A stretch of 64,000 nucleotides of DNA from an uncultured Gammaproteobacteria bacterium (GTDB lineage Bacteria > Patescibacteriota > Patescibacteriia > SBBC01 > CAIJZX01), in NCBI GenBank assembly GCA_964397195.1, contig CAYNGY010000001.1, forward strand, positions 376,326 through 440,325, read 5' to 3'. A model generated the notes under the pieces. The model saw only the letters and a program-made list of their open reading frames with translations. It was not told the DNA's origin and searched no databases. The position numbers and the translations under genes were made by a program. Below are positions 46,305-56,203 of the stretch, piece by piece; the stretch's first letter is position 1, and the number at the start of each line of letters is the position of its first letter.

Positions 46305-47459
46305 ATGGAAGACACTTCAACTAGCGGATCGATCCTCGATCGGATCATTAGCAGCCAACAGACCGAAACCCTCGAACATTTCGACCCGGTTGCGGTTGTG
46401 GCTGAATTACTGAAAACGCTGACCACGAAGGAGGCGGACATTGTTCGTCGTCGGTTTGGTTTGGGCCAGCAACCGGCCGAGACCCTCGAGACGATTGGTG
46501 CGTCATATAACGTCACCCGCGAACGGGTCCGTCAGATTCAACGTTGGGCGGTTGATCGATTACGTAAATCAGATGCGGCTAAGCGCCATTTACGGAGCGT
46601 CGACATGTTGCTTCAACAGTTATTCGAAGAGCACGGTGGCCTGATGCCGGACGATGAATTATTCGCCGCGTTGACCGCGCACGCTAATCGAGATTCACAA
46701 ACGCAAGCGGCCACGACGTTCATTTTAGAAGAATTGTTAGCGGATAAGTTCACGAAGGTTGAAACGAAAGAGTATCAGCCGTTTTGGAAACCGACCTACG
46801 TCACGATTGCCAATCTCCCGCTCGTCATTAATGTCGCGGTTCAGCTCCTCTCAACGGCCGGTAAGCCGCTGCCGAGTGCTGATGTGATTGATCAGTTATT
46901 GCATGCTTCGGAACTCAGTACACAATCCCTGACCTCGACGATTGTCCAAACATATTTAAATGTTTCTACGGCGATTGATAAAAATCCGTACGGCGAGTAC
47001 GGACTTCGGTCATGGGGGAGTATTGTCCCGAAACGGATGAACGATAAGATACTGATGATACTGCGAAAGGCTGGTCAGCCGATGCACTTTGTTGAGATTA
47101 CAAAAAAGATTAATGAGATTGGCTTCGATCGCCGCAAAGCCTATCCGCCGACGGTCCATAATGAGTTGATTTTGAACCCCGAGTACGTTTTGGTCGGTCG
47201 CGGAATCTACGCCCTGAAGGAATGGGGATACAAACCAGGTGTGGTCGCGGATGTGATTGCGGCCTTAATTACCGAACGTGGACCGATGGATCGCGACGCG
47301 ATCGTTGATGAAGTGTTAAAACAGCGAATGGTGAAAAAAAATACAATTCACCTCGCTCTCACAAACAAACAGCGGTTTGCCCGATTACCGGATGGCCGGT
47401 ACGCGTTGGCGAGTGACCGTCCGGCTCAGCCGGCGGAAACCGCGCCAAGCGCCCAATGA
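46305..47459 (+). CDS. DNA-binding protein with sigma-70 region 4 HTH (N-terminal) and HARE-HTH-like domain (C-terminal)
   Basis: The track ORF is 46161..47459. The start is trimmed to MEDTSTS, downstream of the promoter. EADIVRRRFGLGQQPAETLETIGASYNVTRERVRQIQRWAVDRLRK is sigma70 region 4.2-like. The C-terminal YVLVGRGIYALKEWGY resembles the HARE-HTH (RNAP delta N-domain) motif. Confidence 0.6.
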   Translation: MEDTSTSGSILDRIISSQQTETLEHFDPVAVVAELLKTLTTKEADIVRRRFGLGQQPAETLETIGASYNVTRERVRQIQRWAVDRLRKSDAAKRHLRSVDMLLQQLFEEHGGLMPDDELFAALTAHANRDSQTQAATTFILEELLADKFTKVETKEYQPFWKPTYVTIANLPLVINVAVQLLSTAGKPLPSADVIDQLLHASELSTQSLTSTIVQTYLNVSTAIDKNPYGEYGLRSWGSIVPKRMNDKILMILRKAGQPMHFVEITKKINEIGFDRRKAYPPTVHNELILNPEYVLVGRGIYALKEWGYKPGVVADVIAALITERGPMDRDAIVDEVLKQRMVKKNTIHLALTNKQRFARLPDGRYALASDRPAQPAETAPSAQ

Positions 47460-48814
47460 CGGATTTTCTCGTTATACCCACCTTCGATAATCCGCTCGCG
47501 TCCATGTGGTGGATCCTAAGCCATGGCGGTTTTATTATTCTCCTCTGGGCGATCGGGTACGGCATTTGGCTTGTCTATCTCGACTATATCCAGACCGAGT
47601 TCGCAAAAAAAACAAAATACACCTTGCTGGCCATTGATGTGCCGAAAGAAAACGAACAAACGCCAAAAGCGGTTGAACACATCTTCAGCCATTTTCATGG
47701 GATTCAGAAAAATCCGAATGCGAAAGCGAAGTACCTCGAAGGGTTTGTTCAGCCGACAATCTCGGTCGAGCTCATCTCGATTGACGGCTACATTCAATAT
47801 CTGGTGCGGACGCCAACCGCCAGCCGGGACCTCGTTGAGGCGGCGATCTATGCCCAATACCCGAACGCTGAATTAACGGAAGTTGAAGACTACACGGAGG
47901 GTTTCAAGTCAGTTTTCCCAAATCCAGATTACAATATGTGGGGTGGGGAAATTGTTTTTACGAATGCTGATGCGTATCCGATCCGGACCTATCCTTCCTG
48001 GGAGCACAGCCTGACCCAAACCTTTCTCGACCCGATGGCGTCCCTCTTGGAAATCATGAACCGCTTACAGGCCGGTGAACAAATTTGGCTCCAGTTCGTG
48101 TTGGCCCCAACATCCGGATCTGACTTTAAGAAAAAGGGGTTAGAGGTCATTAATAAACTGATCGGCGCCAAAGCCAAGAAGAAAGTCAGCAAGCTCGAAG
48201 AATTCATGCAAGTGCCTGGAAATATTGCCCTCGGGACCTGGAATACATTGACGAACACCCTGATTACCCCGGTGGAAGCTGGCCCAGCGGCAAAAAAAGA
48301 TACCAAAGACGTCCCGAACCAGTTACAATACACGCCGCCACACGTCCGGGCGGTCGTCGAGGCGATTGGGGTTAAAATCTCGAAACTCGCTTTTGAAACC
48401 AAGTTTCGCTTCGTCTACATGGCCAAACCGGATATCTTCAACGGCAATCGGATCGCGGGCGTCCTTGGTGCGATGAAGCAGTTCGGCACCATGGATATGA
48501 ACGGCTTTAAGCCGCATAAGACCATGAAAACCGCTCGCGACTACGGATTTGTGGAGCGTCGGGTGAACCAGTTGCGTCGACTCATTCTCGCCCAATATAA
48601 ACACCGTTCCATGTCTGGTGGTAACCCAATTACCATGAACATTGAAGAGCTCGCGTCGATCTGGCACTTCCCGGTCATCACGGTCAAGGCGCCGTTGGTC
48701 CAAAAGATGGACGCCAAGCGCGGTGAGCCGCCAACATCGCTCCCGATCGGTGATTACAACCCACCGGAGTTACAAGAAGAATCTAACTTGCCGCCGAATC
48801 TACCGGTTGCCTAA
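47456..48814 (+). CDS. Hypothetical membrane-anchored protein (N-terminal TM, large cytoplasmic domain)
   Basis: It is 452 aa with a single hydrophobic helix (MWWILSHGGFIILLWAIGYGIWLVYL). No recognised domain was found. It overlaps its neighbours' starts and stops, so it is cotranscribed. Confidence 0.55.
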   Translation: MTDFLVIPTFDNPLASMWWILSHGGFIILLWAIGYGIWLVYLDYIQTEFAKKTKYTLLAIDVPKENEQTPKAVEHIFSHFHGIQKNPNAKAKYLEGFVQPTISVELISIDGYIQYLVRTPTASRDLVEAAIYAQYPNAELTEVEDYTEGFKSVFPNPDYNMWGGEIVFTNADAYPIRTYPSWEHSLTQTFLDPMASLLEIMNRLQAGEQIWLQFVLAPTSGSDFKKKGLEVINKLIGAKAKKKVSKLEEFMQVPGNIALGTWNTLTNTLITPVEAGPAAKKDTKDVPNQLQYTPPHVRAVVEAIGVKISKLAFETKFRFVYMAKPDIFNGNRIAGVLGAMKQFGTMDMNGFKPHKTMKTARDYGFVERRVNQLRRLILAQYKHRSMSGGNPITMNIEELASIWHFPVITVKAPLVQKMDAKRGEPPTSLPIGDYNPPELQEESNLPPNLPVA

Positions 48815-48816
48815 TT

Positions 48817-50553
48817 ATGCCTACGCTGACGCCACCACCACCAACCGACATTGCGGTCTTCGGCCGCACGAATTTTCGTGGGCAGTTACGACCATTTGGT
48901 ATCAAAACCGATGACCGGCGGCGTCACATGTATGTGATTGGGAAAACCGGGATGGGTAAATCGACCCTTTTAGAAAACATGATCGTCCAAGATATCCGCG
49001 CTGGTCGCGGGCTCGCGTTTGTTGATCCGCACGGCGATACCGTCGAAAAACTGTTAGACTATATCCCTTCGTACCGGATGAATGACGTGGTCTATTTTAA
49101 CCCGTCGGACGTGGACTTTCCAATCGCCTTCAACGTTTTAGAATCGATTAACGCCACGCAGCGCGCCCTGACCGCGTCCGGGCTCGTTTCTATTTTTAAG
49201 AAGATTTGGGCCGACTCGTGGGGGCCGCGATTAGAGTACATTCTCCGCAATACGATCTTGGCGCTCGTTGAGTACCCGGGCTCAACATTGCTCGGCGTGA
49301 CCCGCATGCTCGTTGATCGTGATTACCAACGGAAGGTCGTGGCGAGTCTCTCCGACCCGATCGTCAAAGCCTTTTGGCAAACAGAATTCAACGGGTACGA
49401 ACAGAAATTTCGAACGGAAGCGGTCGCACCGATTCAAAACAAAATTGGTCAATTCCTTTCCAGCTCAGTTATTCGGAATATCGTTGGTCAGCCGAAATCA
49501 ACGATCGATATGCGCGAGATTATGGATAGCGGGAAGATCTTACTCCTCAACCTGTCAAAAGGACGCATCGGTGAGGATAATGCCGCTTTACTCGGCGCCA
49601 TGATGATCACGAAAATTCAGTTGGCAGCCATGAGTCGCATCGATATTCCAGAAAAGGAACGTCGGGACTTCTTCTTGTATGTTGACGAATTCCAAAACTT
49701 TGCGACGGAATCATTTGCCAACATTTTATCCGAGGCCCGAAAATACCACCTCGATCTGATCATGGCTCACCAGTATATCGAACAGCTGGACGAGACGGTT
49801 CGCGCCGCGGTATTCGGCAACGTCGGGACGATCATTACCTTCCGTGTCGGCGCAACGGACGCCGAATTCTTGGCAAAAGAATACATGCCGATCTTTACGG
49901 AAACAGATCTCGTCAATCTGACAAAATTCGATATGTATCTGAAGCTGATGATTGATGGGGTTGCGTCCGAACCGTTTTCCGCCAGCGGGCTGCCGCCGGT
50001 ACTGGCGCAGGCGCCCGAAGGTCTTGCAGAAACGGTCGCCAAGGTATCTCGTGAACGGTATGCGAAAACCCGAGAAATAGTCGAAGAAAAAATTACCCGC
50101 TGGTCAGGCGTCGAGGAAACGATGATGGCCACAGCGGCTGCGGAAAATCGTTTCCAGCGTCGTTCCGATCAGACTCGTGACGAAGAGCCCGTTGTGTACG
50201 AACGCGCCGCACCAGTAGTAACGGAAAATATTCCCGAGCCAATCTCCCTCTCGCAGGCACTTCAAGCGGAGACGCCACGCGCCCCGCGGCCAAACAATGA
50301 TCGATCACCGCGACCACCACAGCGTCCGGACAGTAGTGGGCGCCCGCGACGTCATCGTTCTCGATCCGCCGGAAACCGCCGCCCACCACCATCAGGAGCA
50401 CCGTCACCCGACTCGCGCATGTCTTTGTCATCGTTGCCGCCGCGCCCGGAAAAACGGGTTGAGCCGCCAGTCCAAACCCCGCCACCCATTACACCTCCGC
50501 CAGCGCCAACTACCGGTACGACACTAACGCCCGGACAGGTCGTCAAGATATAA
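48817..50553 (+). CDS. FtsK/HerA/VirD4-superfamily P-loop ATPase with disordered Pro/Arg-rich C-tail
   Basis: It has Walker A YVIGKTGMGKST, Walker B FLYVDEFQNF, and the downstream ARKYHLDLIMAHQYIEQLDETVRAAVFGNVGTIITF motif typical of DUF87/TraG-D_C ATPases. The C-terminal roughly 120 aa are low complexity (PRPPQRP..., PPPITPPPAP). Confidence 0.65.
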   Translation: MPTLTPPPPTDIAVFGRTNFRGQLRPFGIKTDDRRRHMYVIGKTGMGKSTLLENMIVQDIRAGRGLAFVDPHGDTVEKLLDYIPSYRMNDVVYFNPSDVDFPIAFNVLESINATQRALTASGLVSIFKKIWADSWGPRLEYILRNTILALVEYPGSTLLGVTRMLVDRDYQRKVVASLSDPIVKAFWQTEFNGYEQKFRTEAVAPIQNKIGQFLSSSVIRNIVGQPKSTIDMREIMDSGKILLLNLSKGRIGEDNAALLGAMMITKIQLAAMSRIDIPEKERRDFFLYVDEFQNFATESFANILSEARKYHLDLIMAHQYIEQLDETVRAAVFGNVGTIITFRVGATDAEFLAKEYMPIFTETDLVNLTKFDMYLKLMIDGVASEPFSASGLPPVLAQAPEGLAETVAKVSRERYAKTREIVEEKITRWSGVEETMMATAAAENRFQRRSDQTRDEEPVVYERAAPVVTENIPEPISLSQALQAETPRAPRPNNDRSPRPPQRPDSSGRPRRHRSRSAGNRRPPPSGAPSPDSRMSLSSLPPRPEKRVEPPVQTPPPITPPPAPTTGTTLTPGQVVKI

Positions 50554-50598
50554 GTCGGCGGTAGACGAATAGAATCGGAGCTGGTATACTACGACCGT

Positions 50599-51489
50599 AT
50601 GTCGGGTATTTCGTTTATTGTCCCAGCCTTTAACGAGGAGGAGAGTCTGCCGAAACTGTGGGAGCGTTTGCGACCCATCGTCAATCGGTACCCAACTTGG
50701 GAAGTGATCGTCGTCAACGATGGGAGCACCGATGGAACACATCAGGCGATTTCGGCTATCACCGCCACTGACGCGAGGGTGCGTGAGATAGCCTTGTCTA
50801 TGAACCGCGGGAAATCAGCGGTGCTGATGGCGGGCTTTCGAGCTGCCGTCGGGGACGTAATTGTCACGCTCGATGCAGATTTGCAAGACGATCCGGACGA
50901 AATTCCGCGGATGATTGAAATGCTTGATACCGCGCCGGCCGATATGGTCGGAGGATGGAAAAAAGATCGCCACGATCCGTTCACGAAGCTTGTGTCATCG
51001 AAGGTATTCAACTGGCTGGCAAACCGAATCATGCGGACAGCGTTTCGGGACCTGAACTGCGGATTAAAAGTGTATCGTCGGTCCGTTATTGAGGCACTTG
51101 ATCTGTACGGCGACTTATATCGTTTCATTCCAATTCTCGCCGTCTCCCGCGGATTTAAAGCGATTGAAACGCCAGTGGTCCACCATGCCCGCCAATGGGG
51201 AAAATCGAAGTTTGGTTTACGCTTAAACGGGATCTTTGATTTGGTCAGCCTATTAATGCTGACACGGTATCGGTTCCGACCGCTCCATTTTTTTGGTCGG
51301 TGGGGAGCGCTATTTATCCTCGTCGGGTTTGCGGCCATGGTCTATCTGACGGTTGAACACTTCCGGGGGTTGGCTATCGGGAATCGACCACTGCTTACCT
51401 TTGCCATGTTGTTCATCGTCACTGGCGTCCAGTTCTTTTTCACCGGATTACTCGCTGACTTAGTGATCAACCGTCAATCACGTTCATGA
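50599..51489 (+). CDS. GT2 polyprenyl-phosphate sugar synthase (DPM1/GtrB/ArnC-like) with C-terminal TM helices
   Basis: It has ISFIVPAFNEEESLP...VIVVNDGSTDGT...DADLQDDP and two C-terminal TM segments. Confidence 0.8.
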   Translation: MSGISFIVPAFNEEESLPKLWERLRPIVNRYPTWEVIVVNDGSTDGTHQAISAITATDARVREIALSMNRGKSAVLMAGFRAAVGDVIVTLDADLQDDPDEIPRMIEMLDTAPADMVGGWKKDRHDPFTKLVSSKVFNWLANRIMRTAFRDLNCGLKVYRRSVIEALDLYGDLYRFIPILAVSRGFKAIETPVVHHARQWGKSKFGLRLNGIFDLVSLLMLTRYRFRPLHFFGRWGALFILVGFAAMVYLTVEHFRGLAIGNRPLLTFAMLFIVTGVQFFFTGLLADLVINRQSRS

Positions 51490-52070
51490 CCTCAACCAAC
51501 CAAGCTAAATATACCGACCGCTGGAAGATTCGAAATCTTTTTTTGGCTCCATTTCAGCAGAAGTTTCTAGATGTCTTTGATTCGATCAGTCCCACCGATT
51601 GTCTGGAGGTTGGCGCGGGCGAAGGGTATCTCCTTTCAGCCATGAAAAAGCGCCAGCCGCAGGCGCGTTTTGTTGGTCTTGATGTTGACCAGGGAATAAT
51701 TAATGAAGGTAAGCGGGTTTTTCCCGATCTCGACCTTCGGGTCGGGGACGCCTACCGATTAGCCGAACCAGATCACAGCTGGGACGTGGTTGTTGCGAGC
51801 GAGGTGTTAGAGCACCTTGATCGCCCAAACGAGGGTTTGGCGGAAATAGCTCGTGTCGCGAAACGGTACGTCCTCGTTTCGGTGCCGTGGGAGCCGTGGT
51901 TTCGGTTGATGAATTTCGCCCGCGGCAAGCATCTGCGTCGATTCGGGAATCATCCGGAGCATGTTAATAATTGGACGCAAAAAAGCTTTACCACGTTCAT
52001 CGGTACTCGGCTAAAAGTCGAAAAAGTCATTCCCGCGTTCCCATGGACAATCATCCTCGCGCGCGTGTAG
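51486..52070 (+). CDS. Class I SAM-dependent methyltransferase
   Basis: It has the LEVGAGEGYL motif I and the ASEVLEHL motif. Confidence 0.7.
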   Translation: MTSTNQAKYTDRWKIRNLFLAPFQQKFLDVFDSISPTDCLEVGAGEGYLLSAMKKRQPQARFVGLDVDQGIINEGKRVFPDLDLRVGDAYRLAEPDHSWDVVVASEVLEHLDRPNEGLAEIARVAKRYVLVSVPWEPWFRLMNFARGKHLRRFGNHPEHVNNWTQKSFTTFIGTRLKVEKVIPAFPWTIILARV

Positions 52071-52927
52071 CGATCTGGCGAGTCGCTGGCTGGATCCTCA
52101 GTCTGGCGGCCTTAGGGTTCCTGGGGAAATGGCTCCTGAACGTCGATCCGGCGGCCTGGCGAACACTCCTGCACTTACAGCCGGCCTGGGTAGTGTTGTC
52201 TATCGGACTTTTTCAGCTCTGGTTTTGGTTACGCTACCGGGGGTGGGAGATGATTAGTCGCTCCCAAGGTGCAGTCATTGAACGTCGACAGAATATGCGG
52301 ATGTGGACGTTGAGTGAGATTATGCGCTACATCCCGGGGAACGTCTGGTCATTTGCGGCGCGATATAAAGGAGCTCGTACCGGTGGCGCGGAAAAAAGTG
52401 CGTCTGTCCTAGCGCTGGCGGCTGAGGCCGGGGGGTTAGTAGCCGGCGCCGCGGTGGTCACCGTCCTGACCCTCCCGATTGGTCGATTACTGTGGATTGG
52501 GATTGTGGTGGCCGTCGGGGCCAGTGTTGGATTGGCAGTCTTGCCGTCCATCATCCATCGTTTTCGCCCGACCCTTGCATTTCAGTCGCTCCCGCGTTGG
52601 TGGCGACTGGTTGGATGGTACGCCATGGTCTGGCTTGTGTATGCGCTCGGATCGGCCGCGCTCTGGCGCGCATTCCCCGAGCACGACATGATGACATGGT
52701 CACAAGCGATGAGCGTCAATGTCGCGTCGTGGCTCGTTGGCTACCTGAGCCTGATTACGCCCATGGGGCTCGGTGTTCGCGAAGTGACGTTTGTAACTCT
52801 CTTACCGGCGACGATTACCCGTTCGTTTGGGAGCCTGATTGCGCTTGTGACGCGGCTCTGGCTGGTGGTCTGCGAAATAGTATTTTTAGGAATCGTCATC
52901 ATATGGACACATCGCCGGGACCGATAA
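52043..52927 (+). CDS. YbhN/UPF0104-family (LPG-synthase-TM-like) membrane protein, putative flippase
   Basis: The track ORF is 51971..52927. The start is trimmed to MDNHPRARVAIWRV. It is a polytopic membrane protein of about 290 aa. Confidence 0.5.
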   Translation: MDNHPRARVAIWRVAGWILSLAALGFLGKWLLNVDPAAWRTLLHLQPAWVVLSIGLFQLWFWLRYRGWEMISRSQGAVIERRQNMRMWTLSEIMRYIPGNVWSFAARYKGARTGGAEKSASVLALAAEAGGLVAGAAVVTVLTLPIGRLLWIGIVVAVGASVGLAVLPSIIHRFRPTLAFQSLPRWWRLVGWYAMVWLVYALGSAALWRAFPEHDMMTWSQAMSVNVASWLVGYLSLITPMGLGVREVTFVTLLPATITRSFGSLIALVTRLWLVVCEIVFLGIVIIWTHRRDR

Positions 52928-54345
52928 GCCGTCGCGCGCGATTCATGGTAAGCGCCCTGACGTTGGTGTTTGTGATGGCCACGACCTGGTTCACGTGGCG
53001 TGCCTACGATCGGCTTAGCGTCCACCGATTTGATCTCGGAAATGTTGAGCAAGTTGTGTGGAACGTTACCCACGGCCACGGGTTCGTCATGACCGATCCG
53101 TACGGCACGGCGACGGTCTCTCGTTTTGCCTTCCACATCGACCCGCTGTTGCTCGTCTTTGTCCCGCCATACGCCGTGTTTCCTTTTGCCAAGACCATTA
53201 TTCTCGTCCAAATACTTTTTGTGGCCTCGGGAATCTGGGCCACATACCTTTTGGGGCGTTTGATTCTGAGCGAGCGGCTCGGTTTATTGATGGCCGCCTC
53301 CTACGCCGTTCTTCCGTCGGTACTTTGGGCGACGATCTTTCCTGTTCACGCCGTAACCGTGGCGATGCCATTAGTCATGTGGCTAATGTACACAGCGATG
53401 ACGAGACGGTGGTGGTGGATGCTCGCGTTGCTAGTGCTTGTGTTATCCGCTAAAGAACAGGTGGGCTTTTCGTTGGTTGTATTTGGGGCGTGGCTGTGGC
53501 GGTCGCGTCGTGAATTCCGAATGGGGTTGTTGGTGATGATCGTATCCGTTTGTTGGGCGAGCATTGCCACCTTCGTGGTCTTGCCTCAATATCGACCGCA
53601 GACACAAAGCGCCGCCGAGGTGTATTCATCAGTCCTCGGCGCATCGGGCAGTGAAATTATCGCCAGCGCTGTCGCCGACCCGGTTCGTGCCGCCCATGTC
53701 CTCGTCAATAAGCGAACGATTACGACCAACGTAAAACTATTTCTCGGAAATGGCGGACTCGCCGTACTCAATCCGCTGAGCCTCGCCGCGGTTCCGGATA
53801 TCATTATCAACGGAATCAGTAACAAGGTTCAACAACATGACCTAAAGTTCCACTATCAAAGCATGATGGTGCCATGGTTGCTAGTGGCGGCGATGTTGTC
53901 GTGGGTGTGGATTGAGCGTCGTACGCCGAGTTCAATGCGTCGCTGGGCGCGGGCTATCCTCGTTATCTGGTGGTGCGCGTGCTCGGTGGCAAGCCTCTAC
54001 GCCTTTGGTCCATTGCCCGGCACACCGAATGACCGTTTACGTTTCGCGACATGGCGAAATCGGTACACCGATATGGTCCGCGACTGGTCGCGGCGTATCC
54101 CGTCGACCGCTCGCGTTTCAGCGACCAATAGTGTCGGGGCCTGGTTTGCTGGTCGAGAACATCTGTATTTGTTTGCTCTCGAGGTTAGTGATGCCGAGTA
54201 TGTGGTCTCCTTGGCCAACAGCGGACCGAACCCGGATCAGACGCAAGTCGCAATTCAAGCGCGAATCACTGAGCTGCAAAGCAGTGGCGCTTGGGAGACG
54301 TTGGCGAGCGACGGAGACTTCACGGTCCTGCGGCGCCGACCTTGA
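52903..54345 (+). CDS. DUF2079-like large integral membrane protein (putative GT-C glycosyltransferase)
   Basis: The track ORF is 52492..54345. The start is trimmed to MDTSPGPISRRARFMVSALTLVFV. It has about 12 TM segments in an N-terminal region followed by a C-terminal soluble domain. Its context is a GT2 polyprenyl-P sugar synthase. Confidence 0.5.
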   Translation: MDTSPGPISRRARFMVSALTLVFVMATTWFTWRAYDRLSVHRFDLGNVEQVVWNVTHGHGFVMTDPYGTATVSRFAFHIDPLLLVFVPPYAVFPFAKTIILVQILFVASGIWATYLLGRLILSERLGLLMAASYAVLPSVLWATIFPVHAVTVAMPLVMWLMYTAMTRRWWWMLALLVLVLSAKEQVGFSLVVFGAWLWRSRREFRMGLLVMIVSVCWASIATFVVLPQYRPQTQSAAEVYSSVLGASGSEIIASAVADPVRAAHVLVNKRTITTNVKLFLGNGGLAVLNPLSLAAVPDIIINGISNKVQQHDLKFHYQSMMVPWLLVAAMLSWVWIERRTPSSMRRWARAILVIWWCACSVASLYAFGPLPGTPNDRLRFATWRNRYTDMVRDWSRRIPSTARVSATNSVGAWFAGREHLYLFALEVSDAEYVVSLANSGPNPDQTQVAIQARITELQSSGAWETLASDGDFTVLRRRP

Positions 54346-54379
54346 TAGCAAGCCAAAAGTATGGTAGTGTGCGCCCGCT

Positions 54380-55459
54380 ATGACAACTCCTGCGCGGGTC
54401 ACTATTGGTCTTTCCGGCGGCGTCGATAGCGCGGTCGCCGCGTTCGTGCTGCAACGCGCCGGCTACGACGTTCGCGCGGTGTTTATGAAGAATTGGTCGG
54501 AAGAGGATTTTGGCGGCCCGTGTCCATGGGCCGAGGATCAGGCCAGCGCGATCGCCGTCGCCAACCATCTCGGCATACCGCTCGAAACGTGGAATTTCGA
54601 ACGTGAATACCGTCAGCGCGTCTTTGAAACCATGATTGCTGAGTATCGTCACGGTCGGACGCCAAATCCGGATATTCTTTGTAATCAAGAAATTAAGTTT
54701 CGTCTGTTTTTTGAACGGGCCCTGACCACGTGCGATCTGATCGCCACCGGACATTACGCCCAGACCGAGGCCGGGAAACTCCTGCGGGCGACTGATGAAC
54801 AGAAAGATCAATCGTATTTTTTGTCGCGTGTGTCCAGCCAAGCCCTCAAGAAAACGCTTTTTCCGATCGGCCACCTCAAAAAAACAGAGGTTCGCGAGAT
54901 GGCCCGTGAAGCCGGGCTGCCGAATTGGGATCGTCCGGACAGTGTCGGGATCTGTTTTGTTGGCGAAAAAGACATGGACCGGTTTCTTGAACAGTATCTG
55001 CCAAAGCAGCCCGGTGAGATTCAGCTAATCGACGGTCGGGTGGTCGGGATGCATCGCGGACTCCAGTTCTACACCATTGGTCAACGACACGGCTTTGGTC
55101 GCGACCTCGACCAGTCGAAAGTGGCGGCCGCGCTTGGTTCAATGCAGCCGATGGTCGTGACCGAGAAGCGGGTGGCGTCAAATACCTTGGTGATCGCGCC
55201 GCGCCACGACACCGCCCAGACGGAGCAAAAAGAGTTTTTGGTTCGCGATATGCACTGGATTTCATATGCCTGTTCATTTCCATGGTCTGGGACGGCTAAA
55301 CTGCGCTACCGACAGCCGGATGTGGCCGTGACCGTCTTGCCGGAGGGCGACGCCTTCCGGGTCATCTGCCAAGCGCCACAGCGAGCAATTACCCCGGGAC
55401 AATACGCGGTGTTTTACCGCGACCAAGAATGCCTTGGTTCGGCGGTCATCAGCGAATAA
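54380..55459 (+). CDS. mnmA: tRNA-specific 2-thiouridylase
   Basis: It has the PP-loop motif IGLSGGVDSAVAA and the MnmA catalytic Cys context. Confidence 0.9.
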   Translation: MTTPARVTIGLSGGVDSAVAAFVLQRAGYDVRAVFMKNWSEEDFGGPCPWAEDQASAIAVANHLGIPLETWNFEREYRQRVFETMIAEYRHGRTPNPDILCNQEIKFRLFFERALTTCDLIATGHYAQTEAGKLLRATDEQKDQSYFLSRVSSQALKKTLFPIGHLKKTEVREMAREAGLPNWDRPDSVGICFVGEKDMDRFLEQYLPKQPGEIQLIDGRVVGMHRGLQFYTIGQRHGFGRDLDQSKVAAALGSMQPMVVTEKRVASNTLVIAPRHDTAQTEQKEFLVRDMHWISYACSFPWSGTAKLRYRQPDVAVTVLPEGDAFRVICQAPQRAITPGQYAVFYRDQECLGSAVISE

Positions 55460-55522
55460 CCGCTAACCTTAGCGCAGAAAAGTCTTCAGCAAAAATTCAG
55501 TTTCGCGTTCTACACTTAAGCC

Positions 55523-56203
55523 ATGCGAATTCTCCTCATCGAAGACGAGCAAAAGATTGCTAATGCCCTAAAAATGGGGTTAGAAATGGAATCGTACGCG
55601 GTCGACGTCGCCTATGATGGTGTTGAAGGATACGGGCGCGCCCTCGTCGGCAAGTTTGATTTATTGATACTCGATCGGATGTTGCCGGGGCTGAAAGATG
55701 GATTAGAGATCCTGAAGGCCATGCGGGAGAAAGGGCTGATCCAGCCAGTTCTAGTACTTACAGCACGAGACACCACCAAAGATCGGGTCGACGGGCTCGA
55801 TACTGGTGCCGATGACTATCTCGTTAAGCCATTTTCATTTGAGGAACTTTTAGCTCGCGTCCGTGCTCTCTTGCGTCGTCCCTCGGCCACCACTGAGCCA
55901 GTTCTGCTCTATGACGAATTGGCGCTCGATCCGCGCACCCGTGCGATTACGCGGGCCGGAAAGCTCGTTGAATTGTCCCGAAAAGAGTCGGCCGTGGTCG
56001 AATACTTCCTGCGGCACCCAGAGCGGTACATTTCAAAGGAAGAATTAATTGCCCATGTCTGGGATTTCGACGCCGATATTCTCCCGAATACGGTGGAAGC
56101 CTTTATGAAAGCGATTCGGGAGAAAATCGATCGACCCCACAAGAAAAAGCCGCTCTTTCATACGAAACGGCAACTCGGCTACATTTTATCACTTCAGCCA
56201 TGA
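55523..56203 (+). CDS. OmpR-family response regulator
   Basis: It has a receiver domain (ILLIEDE...LLILDRMLPG...K) and a winged-helix output domain. Confidence 0.9.
   Translation: MRILLIEDEQKIANALKMGLEMESYAVDVAYDGVEGYGRALVGKFDLLILDRMLPGLKDGLEILKAMREKGLIQPVLVLTARDTTKDRVDGLDTGADDYLVKPFSFEELLARVRALLRRPSATTEPVLLYDELALDPRTRAITRAGKLVELSRKESAVVEYFLRHPERYISKEELIAHVWDFDADILPNTVEAFMKAIREKIDRPHKKKPLFHTKRQLGYILSLQP

Noticed and set aside
50200-50553. Pro/Arg-rich repetitive C-terminal tail of the FtsK/HerA-like ATPase as a possible DNA tandem repeat
   Set aside because: No exact nucleotide periodicity is visible. It is a low-complexity coding region and not a repeat element.
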